Of a stretch of DNA of 64,000 nucleotides, positions 18,920 to 28,368 are shown in pieces. The notes beneath the pieces were generated by a model. That model saw only the letters and a list, made by a program, of their open reading frames with translations, searched no databases and was not told where the DNA came from. The stretch comes from a virus. Taxonomy: Duplodnaviria > Caudoviricetes. The stretch is from the IMG/VR virus record IMGVR_UViG_3300047375_000738; one strand, 5' to 3'. Numbering within the stretch: position 1 is the stretch's first letter; each line of letters opens with the position of its first letter. The translations under genes were made by a program, and so were the position numbers.

Positions 18920-19687
18920 TTGAAAATGATAACAGAAATGACATTCCATGAGCGTAGTCTCTTATTTGCTAACTTAGCTAGTATAGCATATAACGACGAC
19001 ATAGAGCAAGTAAAAAAACTTGTACGTAAACTTGGTTTTACCACAGTAGAATTTTATAACAAAGACGGAGCACAGGCATACCGTTTTATGAACAAGAAAG
19101 ATTTAGTTATTGCTTGTCGCGGAACACAACCAAGTGAGTTCAACGATATCAAAGCAGACTTGAAAGCAATGCCTGTTGTTGCTGAAACTGTAAGCAGAGT
19201 ACACAGAGGTTTCAAAGCAGAAGTAGATGAACTATGGCCTATGATATCTGAAGACCTAGCACGTAAAACTAATCGAGACAAGGACGTTTGGTTCTGTGGA
19301 CATAGTTTAGGTGCTGCTATGACAACTATTATGGCTAGTAGATGCAACTGCGATGTTGACATGCCTGATATACAGGAAGTGTACACATACGGTTCGCCAA
19401 GAGTAGGATGGCGTGGTTACTGTCGTAGTTTAGATGTAGCACACCATCGTTGGGTAAACAACAATGATATTGTTACTAGAGTACCACTAAGAGCTATGGG
19501 CTACATACATCACGGCACAGAACATTATATGAATGCACACGGGCTAGAGCGTAAGCTCACACCTTGGCAGCGTACTAAAGATCGTTGCAGAGGTATGTGG
19601 ATGGGCTTAAAGCAAGGTGGCGTCGATAGTTTCAGTGATCATTCAATGACAAACTATATTGCTAACTTGAAAAAAATGCAGGGCTAA
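18920..19687 (+). CDS. Class 3 lipase (alpha/beta hydrolase)
   Basis: IACRGT, VHRGF, CGHSLGAA nucleophile elbow, TYGSPRVG, DIVTRVP, C-terminal DHSM. Confidence 0.88.
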   Translation: MKMITEMTFHERSLLFANLASIAYNDDIEQVKKLVRKLGFTTVEFYNKDGAQAYRFMNKKDLVIACRGTQPSEFNDIKADLKAMPVVAETVSRVHRGFKAEVDELWPMISEDLARKTNRDKDVWFCGHSLGAAMTTIMASRCNCDVDMPDIQEVYTYGSPRVGWRGYCRSLDVAHHRWVNNNDIVTRVPLRAMGYIHHGTEHYMNAHGLERKLTPWQRTKDRCRGMWMGLKQGGVDSFSDHSMTNYIANLKKMQG

Positions 19688-19736
19688 CCATTGGCCCTGC
19701 TCGTGCTTATTACGTAGCAACCCGACCCTATGGGTA

Positions 19737-20708
19737 TTACAAACCGTTTGGTACAATAATATAATGGATCATTAGCACTAGTGCAACTGATGCACCCAAG
19801 CCTACCATCATTTTACCAAAGTCTTTTGCTACTAGCGGAAACACACTCTTTGTTTTCTTTTTGCCAAAGTATGTTGCCATAGCCAACTCGCGTCCTGCTA
19901 ACAAGCCTACAAACACCCATGTTGTACTCATTGGAATGTCGTTTAGTTCTTTAAAGAAGTATAAGCATAGCCAGTAGAACAAGTCAATCAACGTTGCACT
20001 ACGCACGTATCTTGTGTTGTGTTTCTCCAATACAATCTGTTGTATCTTACCGCCACGTTCTCTAAACATAAAGAACAAGCCTACAACAAATACTGCACTG
20101 ACTAGGAACATTAAGTCCAGCGGAACTTCACGTGGAAGGAACACTGCAATGTTGGCCATGTCATGTGACAACCAAGTCCACCACAAGCCTCCTGTTGCTA
20201 CCCATTGTGCTACACGCCAAAACTTCTTGTTCTTTTCAGCAACCTTTTCAGTTTCATCATACCATCTACCGAAGTACTTGTGTATTGCAAACCAAATCAC
20301 ATATGCAAATGCGGCTGCAACACCATATCCCATGATTGATTTCATAAGCATCTTCTCAAGCACAAAGGTACTTGCGAACACTGACAGCACCAAGAAACTT
20401 GTGCTAACTGGTACGCCCATCCTTGTAAGTGCTACAAGAATAGCAGGTGCGGCTGCGTGATACCATTGCACTTCTTGCCAGGGTATCTTGTTTAGTCTTC
20501 CGTAACTGATGTCTCCACCATTTACACTCCAGCCATACCATAGCGTTGCAAGTAACACTGCACTTGCGGCTCCCCATAGTATTTTATAACTGAATCGCTC
20601 ATTGTTTGATGCCATCCAAGTACCGAGCGTTTGTACTGAATCGTTTGCTATCACTGCATAGGCAGCAAGCAGGAAGCCAATTAGGCTCCATAAGGTGAGT
20701 GCGTCCAT
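19737..20708 (-). CDS. Polytopic membrane transporter, PiT (phosphate)-like
   Basis: About 10 hydrophobic segments; IANDSVQTLGT and HDMANIA resemble the two PiT GANDxAN signatures. Confidence 0.55.
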   Translation of the reverse strand: MDALTLWSLIGFLLAAYAVIANDSVQTLGTWMASNNERFSYKILWGAASAVLLATLWYGWSVNGGDISYGRLNKIPWQEVQWYHAAAPAILVALTRMGVPVSTSFLVLSVFASTFVLEKMLMKSIMGYGVAAAFAYVIWFAIHKYFGRWYDETEKVAEKNKKFWRVAQWVATGGLWWTWLSHDMANIAVFLPREVPLDLMFLVSAVFVVGLFFMFRERGGKIQQIVLEKHNTRYVRSATLIDLFYWLCLYFFKELNDIPMSTTWVFVGLLAGRELAMATYFGKKKTKSVFPLVAKDFGKMMVGLGASVALVLMIHYIIVPNGL

Positions 20709-20903
20709 TAGTTTCTCCTTTGCTTGACGGCTTTACCCCGTCGCTCACAAGTAACTGTACGTTACACTTTTAATTAGCATTTGTCAACCTGATCATAAAT
20801 AGAACGGCCAGAAAAGAGAAGTTATTCACACCTTCGACCTGACAAACGTGAAAAGACACGTGGCGTTCGCCTTACAAAACAGCATTACATATTGGAGAAA
20901 ACA

Positions 20904-21095
20904 ATGACAACTATAGCAAACATGCTTGGTAGTGTAATGACTGCGGTCAGACTACCAAGAAGAAAAACAGGATTGATACACATCAATCATAACCTTGAAA
21001 CTTATGTTAAGACAGAATTTAGCAAAGGTGATCAGGCATACGTCTTAGACTGTATGCTACGTGGAGACACTCTCGACAGACGTAACATAGTATAA
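20904..21095 (+). CDS. Small hypothetical protein
   Basis: GGAG RBS before MTTIAN; followed by terminator. Confidence 0.6.
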   Translation: MTTIANMLGSVMTAVRLPRRKTGLIHINHNLETYVKTEFSKGDQAYVLDCMLRGDTLDRRNIV

Positions 21096-21097
21096 GG

Positions 21098-21125
21098 AAA
21101 AAGAGCCCCGTAGGGCTCTTTTTTT
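21098..21125. terminator. Bidirectional intrinsic terminator
   Basis: AAAAAGAGCCC-CGTA-GGGCTCTTTTTTT between convergent genes. Confidence 0.85.
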
Positions 21126-21130
21126 ATTCA

Positions 21131-22045
21131 TCAGGCATATTCATCAACTTTAATACCTTTCTCGTAGTTCAACTTAATAGCATCTACAGGCATACAATGA
21201 CGACCTTTCATTCGTTGATAATGAGCAAACTTTTGATATAAGCCATAAGCAACGCCGTCGTGCCATTGATGTGTATTACGATACTCTCTAAATGATAAAT
21301 CTTGTATCGTCATAACCATAGGCAAAATATTTACAAACCAGTCTTCGAACTCTTTGTAAATCTTTGTTTCAGGATCCATTAGTTCTTCATAACTGCTGTG
21401 GCTAAACAGTCTTGCCATTCCGGACAGTAGTGTATCATTCATACCATACTTTGGATAGGCATAATCTATTAGTTCGGCTGCACGGATAGTTTCATCAACA
21501 CCCATTTTAACTGCTTTTACAAAGTTAGCAAACTTAACTTTTTTACGACCATTGCCTTCATTAACTTTACCGCATTTTAAGTTAGAGCGTTCTAATACAC
21601 TTTTATAGAAAAGAGCATCCGCTTCTTCGCCAATAACTTCGGCCCAAAACAGTTGTTCTGATGAAAGACTTCGAGACGCTGTGCCATTCATTTTAGCAAA
21701 TAGTTGGGCCGCATATCTCGAATCGTTTGTATCAATGATATGAGCAGGCACTTCTGTGATTTCTGGAGCGAAATATTTAACTAGTTCAATACGATGTTGA
21801 CCGTTTATAAGTTTTAATGTGCCATCTTTATATCTAACTGCTGTGGCATATCCAAAAAGGTTCCAATCTACACCTTTTGACTTTTCAGCATAACGCCAGA
21901 TATTAGGTATTTGTAAATCTCTTTGTGCCGCATCCATTTCTGTATCAACTGGAATACGCTCGCCTGGAGCCATATCTCCACGAATAGCACCAATATATTG
22001 TTCAAGTTTTTTAGGCATCTTGATTGCCTGTGTGTGTTGTTCCAT
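21131..22045 (-). CDS. ParB/Srx-like N-terminal domain protein
   Basis: YKDGTLKLINGQHRI motif. Confidence 0.55.
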   Translation of the reverse strand: MEQHTQAIKMPKKLEQYIGAIRGDMAPGERIPVDTEMDAAQRDLQIPNIWRYAEKSKGVDWNLFGYATAVRYKDGTLKLINGQHRIELVKYFAPEITEVPAHIIDTNDSRYAAQLFAKMNGTASRSLSSEQLFWAEVIGEEADALFYKSVLERSNLKCGKVNEGNGRKKVKFANFVKAVKMGVDETIRAAELIDYAYPKYGMNDTLLSGMARLFSHSSYEELMDPETKIYKEFEDWFVNILPMVMTIQDLSFREYRNTHQWHDGVAYGLYQKFAHYQRMKGRHCMPVDAIKLNYEKGIKVDEYA

Positions 22046-22378
22046 AATGTTCTCCTTTTGCCAAACAACAAAAAGCAGGATACTTTAACAAATATCCAAC
22101 TAGTGAACAGAAAGGCTTACAAGCCTATCTGTGTTAAGTTTTCTAACTTAACAATACTAACATAACAAAAGAAACAGTAAAGGTCAACCTCTTTTTTTAA
22201 CAGTTGCCCTATTCTTTTGGGTGCGCAGATCTGCACAGTTGCGCTGTACGCATATCGTCTTTGCGCATACAACAGTTGTTCTCACCGGTTTTTCATGTTA
22301 AATATAGTTGTAGAAGGAGTAAAACTAACGGTTGTTAGACTCGGATCACACACATATATATACGAAGGAAACGGAAAA

Positions 22379-22639
22379 ATGACTACATTGGTAGCAAACA
22401 CATTCGAAATAGTTGGACTAAACGGCATCGCTAACTTTTTCAAAAACTTAGGTGCCGAACTACGCAGACGCAGAAACATCAAACAAACATACAGAGCACT
22501 TTCAGAACTATCAAACCACGAACTTAATGATATTGGTATTGCTCGTGGCGATATTAAATTTATTGCAAATCAATCATACCCAAAAGCATTACGTGGCGAA
22601 GCTGTAGAAGCAAACCGCAACTTGAGAGGTTGGGTATAA
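22379..22639 (+). CDS. DUF1127 (YjiS-like) small protein
   Basis: RRRRNIKQTYRALSELSNHELNDIGIARGDI is the DUF1127 signature; start moved to MTTLVAN (AAGGA RBS). Confidence 0.85.
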   Translation: MTTLVANTFEIVGLNGIANFFKNLGAELRRRRNIKQTYRALSELSNHELNDIGIARGDIKFIANQSYPKALRGEAVEANRNLRGWV

Positions 22640-22839
22640 TGCAAGAATCAATGGAAGTGGTAGGTAACACACCAGTAGAAACACCAAAGTTTATCAAAAC
22701 ACTTGGCAAGTATGCAGTAGCATTTGCAATGGGCGTATGGGCTTTTGGTGAATCAGCAGGCAGAGCAAGAGCAGCCGCTGAACTACATCGTCAAGGCTTT
22801 TACGAAGAAGCAAAACGTTTGATGTTGGAGGACAAATAA
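22639..22839 (+). CDS. Small protein with EL-x-x-x-G-x-Y motif
   Basis: TAATG coupling; RARAAAELHRQGFYEEA. Confidence 0.65.
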   Translation: MQESMEVVGNTPVETPKFIKTLGKYAVAFAMGVWAFGESAGRARAAAELHRQGFYEEAKRLMLEDK

Positions 22840-22840
22840 T

Positions 22841-22975
22841 ATGTTTAAGAGATTTATGAAAGCAATGGAATATCGTTCATACTGCATGGCAATTAGAGAA
22901 CTAAGAAACAGAGGCATGTATAAAAAAGCTGATGAGATCTCTGAGTTCAAAAGTAAAATGTATCCGAGTTACTAA
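22841..22975 (+). CDS. 44-aa protein with EL-x-x-x-G-x-Y motif
   Basis: MFKRFMKAMEYRSYCMAIRELRNRGMYKKADEISEFKSKMYPSY; GGAGG RBS; not in ORF track. Confidence 0.6.
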   Translation: MFKRFMKAMEYRSYCMAIRELRNRGMYKKADEISEFKSKMYPSY

Positions 22976-23037
22976 TGATAGATCCGGATCATACATACGT
23001 AAAGCCCAAGGGCGAAAAGAAAAAGGGCGGCAAATAG
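22975..23037 (+). CDS. 20-aa peptide
   Basis: MIDPDHTYVKPKGEKKKGGK; TAATG coupling; GGCAA/TTGCC hairpin plus T-rich tail follows. Confidence 0.4.
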   Translation: MIDPDHTYVKPKGEKKKGGK

Positions 23038-23049
23038 TTGCCTTTGTTC

Positions 23050-23078
23050 TTGACAAATACTAAATAATACGTTATATT
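23050..23078 (+). promoter_or_regulatory. sigma70-like promoter with a TAAATA box inside its spacer
   Basis: TTGACA-N17-TATATT; TAAATA at 23061-23066. Confidence 0.6.
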
Positions 23079-23115
23079 AATAACACTACACATTCACACA
23101 CACAGGAGTAACAAA

Positions 23116-23415
23116 ATGAATGAACAACTGACAAAGCAATTTGAAACATTTGCTGACATGATGAAGACAGCAATGCCACAAGTAAAAGCCAACAAGAATG
23201 GCTATGAAATCCGTACAAAGGTGCTAGAGATGGCACAAGGTAATGTATGGAATGACTATCATGCAAAGTTTGCAGGATGGGAACAAACCGTAAAACGTGA
23301 TACAGATACTGGTGAAGTTGTAACAACAGTTACAATGCCAGAAGTACCTGGCGCAGATGCAGTATTAGAAGCAGCTGATAAGTTTTATGCGTTTGTGAGT
23401 GGAACTAAAAAATAA
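23116..23415 (+). CDS. Hypothetical protein
   Basis: AGGAG RBS; GYEIRTKVLEMA...VLEAADKFYAFVS; CCCCTAG/CTAGGGG hairpin at 23459-23484. Confidence 0.7.
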   Translation: MNEQLTKQFETFADMMKTAMPQVKANKNGYEIRTKVLEMAQGNVWNDYHAKFAGWEQTVKRDTDTGEVVTTVTMPEVPGADAVLEAADKFYAFVSGTKK

Positions 23416-23512
23416 AGATTAAATGGACATAGTCCTTACAAGTACATTAGACAAGCAGCCCCTAGTTATTAATTTAGCTAGGGGTTAATCTTGACTTTAA
23501 CTAAGTACTGTT

Positions 23513-23689
23513 ATGATAAAATCAATAATAAAGTTTTTCAAAGAATACAATAGTACACAAACAGAATTACAAAATCAGGGAATCTATTGTTATAGTTCAC
23601 ACGGACTTGTGTTTCAGTATGTTGATAGAGAGACATTTGAAAGACATAACAAAAAAATGGCAGAGGATGATCAACCCCCTGCCAAGTAG
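23513..23689 (+). CDS. 58-aa protein with EL-x-x-x-G-x-Y motif
   Basis: MIKSIIKFFKEYNSTQTELQNQGIYCYSSHGLV...; resembles 22841..22975; not in ORF track. Confidence 0.5.
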   Translation: MIKSIIKFFKEYNSTQTELQNQGIYCYSSHGLVFQYVDRETFERHNKKMAEDDQPPAK

Positions 23690-23694
23690 TAAGT

Positions 23695-23928
23695 TTACTT
23701 ACGGTTCCAAATGGCCCATAGTACCCATACTGCGATCAAGCCCATAACGCCCTGCGAACCTAAGCTCGCAATCATTCCTGATACGTTATCAACTACTGAT
23801 AGACCCTGTGGCATAAACGGCATATTGCCTAGCCCTAAAACTTCAGCTATGATCACTAAAGCTGCCAGACTAACACCAACTTCTGCTAGTGCGCCTGCCC
23901 ACGCTTTTACTTTATTAAGCATCTCCAT
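23695..23928 (-). CDS. Small two-helix membrane protein
   Basis: Two hydrophobic segments; AGGAGG-like RBS. Confidence 0.65.
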   Translation of the reverse strand: MEMLNKVKAWAGALAEVGVSLAALVIIAEVLGLGNMPFMPQGLSVVDNVSGMIASLGSQGVMGLIAVWVLWAIWNRK

Positions 23929-24074
23929 AAGAAATACCTCCTTCTTGTTATACGAACATAAAGTCCGTCTGTTATTTAAATATACCGAGACCCGGTATTA
24001 TAACCCAACTAAACAGTTATAACATCACTTAACTTTGGATTTGATAAATAATTTTACCATAAAGTGAGTATATA

Positions 24075-25277
24075 ATGATTAATTTAACACCTTTCGAGGA
24101 TATCATAGAAAAATTTAAAGCTGACGGGAACTATCGTGTGTTCAACGATATACTACGTGAACGTGGAAAATTTCCTAAAAATATTTGGTATGGAAAGTAC
24201 GCAATTAAAGAAATCGTCAATTGGTGTAGTAATGATTACCTCGGTATGGGACAACATAAGGTAGTGATTGATGCTATGCATACTGCATTAGAACAGACCG
24301 GAGCAGGCTCAGGCGGCACTCGGAATATAAGTGGCACAAGTCATTATCATGTTGCTCTAGAAGCAGAGCTTGCAGTGTTACATAGTAAAAAAAGTGCTCT
24401 ACTCTTTTCTAGTGCTTATGTTGCAAATGAATGGAGTCTAATTGCGCTAAACAAGATCGTTCCCAACATTATGTTTTTGAGTGATAGTAAAAATCACGCA
24501 AGCCTCATACAGGGTATCCGACATAGTGGTGCTGACAAATCTATATGGCAGCACAACGATATGAAGCAATTAGAGCAACAATTGGAGCAGGCACGAGCCT
24601 CCGGACACACCCCTTGCATAGTGTTTGAGTCTGTGTATAGCATGGACGGCGATGTATCTCCAATTGAAGCAATTTGTGACTTAGCAGAAAAATACAATGC
24701 CATCACATATATCGATGAAGTTCATGCAGTAGGTTTGTATGGTAAGCGTGGAGCAGGGCAGTTAGAAAAACTAGGTGTTCAAGATCGTGTTGACATTGTA
24801 AATGGCACACTAGGTAAAGCCATAGGTGTTACTGGTGGATATATAGCAGGTGAAGCAAGTGTTATTGATGCAATACGCTTGATCGCATCAGGCTTTATAT
24901 TCACTACTTCTTTATCGCCTGTTCTATGTGCAGGTGCTTTAGCAAGTATTAAATGGTTACAGGATCATCCTGAGTTAAGAGAACAGCATCAACGGCAAGC
25001 ACAGCGTTTGAAGTGTGGCTTTGAAGCAAAAGGCATCGAAGTAGCAAAGACAACCACTACCCACATTGTGCCTGTGATGATTAGAGATGCTGTTAAATGT
25101 AAACGTATCAGTGATGTATTGCTGGATGACTATGGACTGTATGTACAGCCTATTAACTATCCAACAGTACCAGTAGGCGAGGAAAGGTTACGTTTTGCTC
25201 CTACACCATTGCACACTGATGCTATGATAAGTGACTGTGTAATGGCAGTAAGAAAGGTTATAGATGAATATACGTAA
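24075..25277 (+). CDS. hemA: 5-aminolevulinate synthase (PLP-dependent)
   Basis: [39 protein letters not shown] (PLP Lys), [19 protein letters not shown]. Confidence 0.93.
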   Translation: MINLTPFEDIIEKFKADGNYRVFNDILRERGKFPKNIWYGKYAIKEIVNWCSNDYLGMGQHKVVIDAMHTALEQTGAGSGGTRNISGTSHYHVALEAELAVLHSKKSALLFSSAYVANEWSLIALNKIVPNIMFLSDSKNHASLIQGIRHSGADKSIWQHNDMKQLEQQLEQARASGHTPCIVFESVYSMDGDVSPIEAICDLAEKYNAITYIDEVHAVGLYGKRGAGQLEKLGVQDRVDIVNGTLGKAIGVTGGYIAGEASVIDAIRLIASGFIFTTSLSPVLCAGALASIKWLQDHPELREQHQRQAQRLKCGFEAKGIEVAKTTTTHIVPVMIRDAVKCKRISDVLLDDYGLYVQPINYPTVPVGEERLRFAPTPLHTDAMISDCVMAVRKVIDEYT

Positions 25278-25680
25278 AACGTTATGGCTAATCGCAGGCT
25301 TCTTTTGCTTGGGTATGGCTTATGTAGGTGTAGTAGTACCTGGAATACCATTTAGTATTTTCCTAGTAATGGCTGCATACTGCTTTAGTAAAAGTAGTCA
25401 GCGGATGCATGACTGGTTATACAATCACAAATACTTTGGACCGTTCCTAACTAATTGGGTACAAAAGAAAGTGTTTCCGACCAAAGGCAAATACCTAATG
25501 GTAATAGTAATGGCAAGTTCTCTTGCATTCCTTTGGTTTACAACAGAGAATATTAAAGCTGTTGCGTGGAGCGGAGGATTTATGGCACTAGTTGCTATAT
25601 GGGCATGGCGCTACCCAGGTACTGTTGCAGAACAGGAACGCAGAGTCAAAGCAGGCGAAAAGGTTGCTTGGTTCAAATAA
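25264..25680 (+). CDS. ybaN: YbaN/DUF454 inner membrane protein
   Basis: [30 protein letters not shown]-x-RMHDWL...FGP. Confidence 0.85.
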   Translation: MNIRKTLWLIAGFFCLGMAYVGVVVPGIPFSIFLVMAAYCFSKSSQRMHDWLYNHKYFGPFLTNWVQKKVFPTKGKYLMVIVMASSLAFLWFTTENIKAVAWSGGFMALVAIWAWRYPGTVAEQERRVKAGEKVAWFK

Positions 25681-25885
25681 ATTAGACCTACACGGAGTTA
25701 GGCACTACGAAGTTGACTACAAGGTAGAAAACTTTATACTAATGAATCAAAAGCTGTTACCGCTTACAATTATTTGCGGTAACAGTCCTGCTATGATTAG
25801 TTTAGTTGAAACTGTAATTAAAAGAATAGACTGTGAAGAAGTAGCAATGGATCGCTACGGAGTAATAGTTGTTAGACGTATCTAA
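25664..25885 (+). CDS. Small Smr-domain-like protein
   Basis: KLDLHG and IICG-x-S motifs; probable TTG start at 25664. Confidence 0.5.
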   Translation: MLGSNKLDLHGVRHYEVDYKVENFILMNQKLLPLTIICGNSPAMISLVETVIKRIDCEEVAMDRYGVIVVRRI

Positions 25886-26394
25886 ACAAGCCACTGTTCC
25901 CAACTTGGATGTTTTACTTGAATATCCATTAACTTTCGTTTCCTAGCAAGTTCGTAGTATCCTGGCTTGTAAGGCTTGTTGATAGGACTAATGTTTAGCT
26001 TATTGCTCTTTCTACTATTACAAGGACCACATGCACAAACACAATTAGTCCAACTTGTTTTACCACCATGACTGATAGGAAGTACATGGTCTACAGTTAG
26101 TTGAGCTTTGGGAAATGGGTTGTTACAATATTGGCAAGTGTATTGGTCACGTAAGTAAAGGTTGTTTTTGCTAAATCTAGGGTTCCTGGTGCGCCGGAGG
26201 AAATCTTTTAGCATTATAACCGCCGGCACTCTCGTTTCCCACCGGGGGCTCCGTACGATCCAATCGTCGTACCAATCTAATACTGTACACTTGTCGTGAT
26301 ACATGTAAAGAATAGCTTCTCGCCATTGTACTGCACTAAGTGGTAGATAACTTACAGGCTGTCCGTCTGCATTAATAACTAAGGTGTCGCTCAT
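25882..26394 (-). CDS. HNH endonuclease (McrA-like)
   Basis: RDQYTCQYC, LTVDHVLPISHGG, WTNCVCACGPCNSRK. Confidence 0.9.
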   Translation of the reverse strand: MSDTLVINADGQPVSYLPLSAVQWREAILYMYHDKCTVLDWYDDWIVRSPRWETRVPAVIMLKDFLRRTRNPRFSKNNLYLRDQYTCQYCNNPFPKAQLTVDHVLPISHGGKTSWTNCVCACGPCNSRKSNKLNISPINKPYKPGYYELARKRKLMDIQVKHPSWEQWLV

Positions 26395-26402
26395 AAAGAT
26401 AT

Positions 26403-26594
26403 TTATGTACTGGTATCTTCGTTGAGGTTAATACAGAGTGCTTGCTGTCCTGCTTTGAAATAACCGGCGCCTTTACCTACTTCGTCACTAAGTGCTTCAC
26501 GTGCATGGAAACATTCTACCATACTAGTATGTACTGTCACTGCTTCAATATAAGGAGTTGTATCATAAAAGTATATAAAAACCAATGCCCACAT
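26403..26594 (-). CDS. Small hypothetical protein
   Basis: 63 aa; TAATG coupling. Confidence 0.55.
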   Translation of the reverse strand: MWALVFIYFYDTTPYIEAVTVHTSMVECFHAREALSDEVGKGAGYFKAGQQALCINLNEDTST

Positions 26595-26959
26595 TACAAT
26601 CCGTCCTTCTCTGTATTTTTAAAGTCTGGTTGCCCGCCTACATAAGGTGCAAAGTCTCTACCGTTTGCTACCATACAAGCATAGCCATCGCCGTATACTT
26701 GTAACATTGTCCAAGTGCCTGTGTCTTGATTTGTAAAGAAGAACATACCTCCTGTAAACGGTTGGTTGCCTTGCATACCAAATTGTAGTCCGGTACCTGT
26801 GAACAGCATCGACTCTCCGTACTTGGCAGGTGTCTTCAACATCTCTGCAAACGGAGCGCAAGGTTGTTTTGTATAAAATGTTTTGGCTTGTTGGTCTTGG
26901 GCACTTACAATTGGAGCGGTTAGGCACAATATAAATGCCAAGGCGATTAATCTTAGCAT
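26594..26959 (-). CDS. Secreted hypothetical protein
   Basis: Signal peptide MLRLIALAFILCLTAPIVSA; two Cys. Confidence 0.65.
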   Translation of the reverse strand: MLRLIALAFILCLTAPIVSAQDQQAKTFYTKQPCAPFAEMLKTPAKYGESMLFTGTGLQFGMQGNQPFTGGMFFFTNQDTGTWTMLQVYGDGYACMVANGRDFAPYVGGQPDFKNTEKDGL

Positions 26960-27021
26960 CTTTCTATCCTTTATGTAGTATTTATTAAGACTACTATACT
27001 ATTTAGGTATTGTCAACCTTT

Positions 27022-27582
27022 TTATACAAAATTAAGTAATAGTTTTGGTGTGCGTCCGCCATTGAAGCCTGCATGCCAAATGAATGGGTCACGCCATTTG
27101 TATACTGTACCAACTGGTTGATTGATATAGTAATCATCTTCTATCATAAAGACGTGACCCATCTCTGGGGGGTTGATGTGGACATGATAGCGTCCTAAAC
27201 CAAAGCTGCGAAGCTCATGCTGATCTATATGCCACGGACAACAGAAGCCTGGCTTGATCATACTTACCCAACAGGCGTTAGCATCTTGTACGCCCATAAA
27301 ATCCATAAGACGTTCCTGCACACTTTGATCAAAGTTTATTCCTGGATAGAACATATACCATTCTGCACTACCACCTTCGCTTACTTTTTTATAGCCAGCT
27401 GCGTCCCAAGTTGATAGAGTAGCTTCTAGATCTTCGGGCTTGGTTACTGTTTCTAGCTCGCCGTCTACATACCCTAGTCCTGTGTGCGGAGCAATTGTAG
27501 CAGGCACTTGTTCAAGCAGGCTTGAACAGAACTCCTGCCAATCTACTGTGTCCATTACACCAATATTAGTTGCTGATTTCAT
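27022..27582 (-). CDS. 2OG-Fe(II) oxygenase (Asp/Asn beta-hydroxylase-like)
   Basis: PWHID (HxD), RYHVH, WHAGFN. Confidence 0.7.
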   Translation of the reverse strand: MKSATNIGVMDTVDWQEFCSSLLEQVPATIAPHTGLGYVDGELETVTKPEDLEATLSTWDAAGYKKVSEGGSAEWYMFYPGINFDQSVQERLMDFMGVQDANACWVSMIKPGFCCPWHIDQHELRSFGLGRYHVHINPPEMGHVFMIEDDYYINQPVGTVYKWRDPFIWHAGFNGGRTPKLLLNFV

Positions 27583-28106
27583 ATATACTGATCAAACATT
27601 GACTTGCTAATGTGATCCATTGATGCTTGCCATACACTACCTGCTTTTGTATCCCATATTAGTCTAGGAGGCAGGTCAGTTACTAGCCATGCTTTGTCTA
27701 CTTTAATTTCTTTCTCAAGCTGCCCAGGTGACCATTGTGTTAATCCTGCACAAATTTTAAAGGCATCTGGACGTTGTTGACTTACAAGTTTTTCAAACAT
27801 CAAATCATCACTAGAGATATTTACACCCTTGTCAAGAAACAGTGTATTAGAACTGACAAAGTCTTCTGTGTGCATCATCATTATACTCATAGGATTTACA
27901 GGTCCACCTATGTGTATTGGATCAATGTTGTTTGGATAGTTGATGCCGTGTTGTTGAAGTAAATCGCTAAGATACTTTCCACTCATTCGATTGATCACTA
28001 GACCTGTTGCACCTGCAGGTGTTTCTTCAAATATAAAAACTACTGTGTTGTTAAAGAATCCTTTGAGAGTAGGTGATGATACTAGGAACTTTCCTGTGCG
28101 TTTCAA
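27579..28106 (-). CDS. yqgE: YqgE/AlgH (DUF179) family protein
   Basis: FNNTVVFI, GATGLVINR, IGGPV, GLTQWSPGQLEKE. Confidence 0.85.
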   Translation of the reverse strand: MKRTGKFLVSSPTLKGFFNNTVVFIFEETPAGATGLVINRMSGKYLSDLLQQHGINYPNNIDPIHIGGPVNPMSIMMMHTEDFVSSNTLFLDKGVNISSDDLMFEKLVSQQRPDAFKICAGLTQWSPGQLEKEIKVDKAWLVTDLPPRLIWDTKAGSVWQASMDHISKSMFDQYI

Positions 28107-28115
28107 TGTAGACTC

Positions 28116-28361
28116 CTATGAATAGTCTGGTAATGGACCGCCGTGTGCTGCACCTTTAACCTTGCCTTTGATTTTCCTGCGTTTCTTACTGCCGCCGTAA
28201 CGTGCTTTTACTTTACTATCTCGACCACGCAAACCTTGACTCTTGCAACTGCTCAACGCACTAGCACCAATAGCACTATCAGGTTTTGAGCTTTTGCATA
28301 GTTCTTTGCTGGCTTTCCATTCAGCAAGTTCTTCGTCTTCTAATAGGTGTTCAATCTTCAT
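28116..28361 (-). CDS. Basic small protein with acidic leader (putative internal head protein)
   Basis: MKIEHLLEDEELAE followed by K/R-rich body; TAAATA 4 nt before ATG. Confidence 0.5.
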   Translation of the reverse strand: MKIEHLLEDEELAEWKASKELCKSSKPDSAIGASALSSCKSQGLRGRDSKVKARYGGSKKRRKIKGKVKGAAHGGPLPDYS

Positions 28362-28368
28362 ACTGTAT

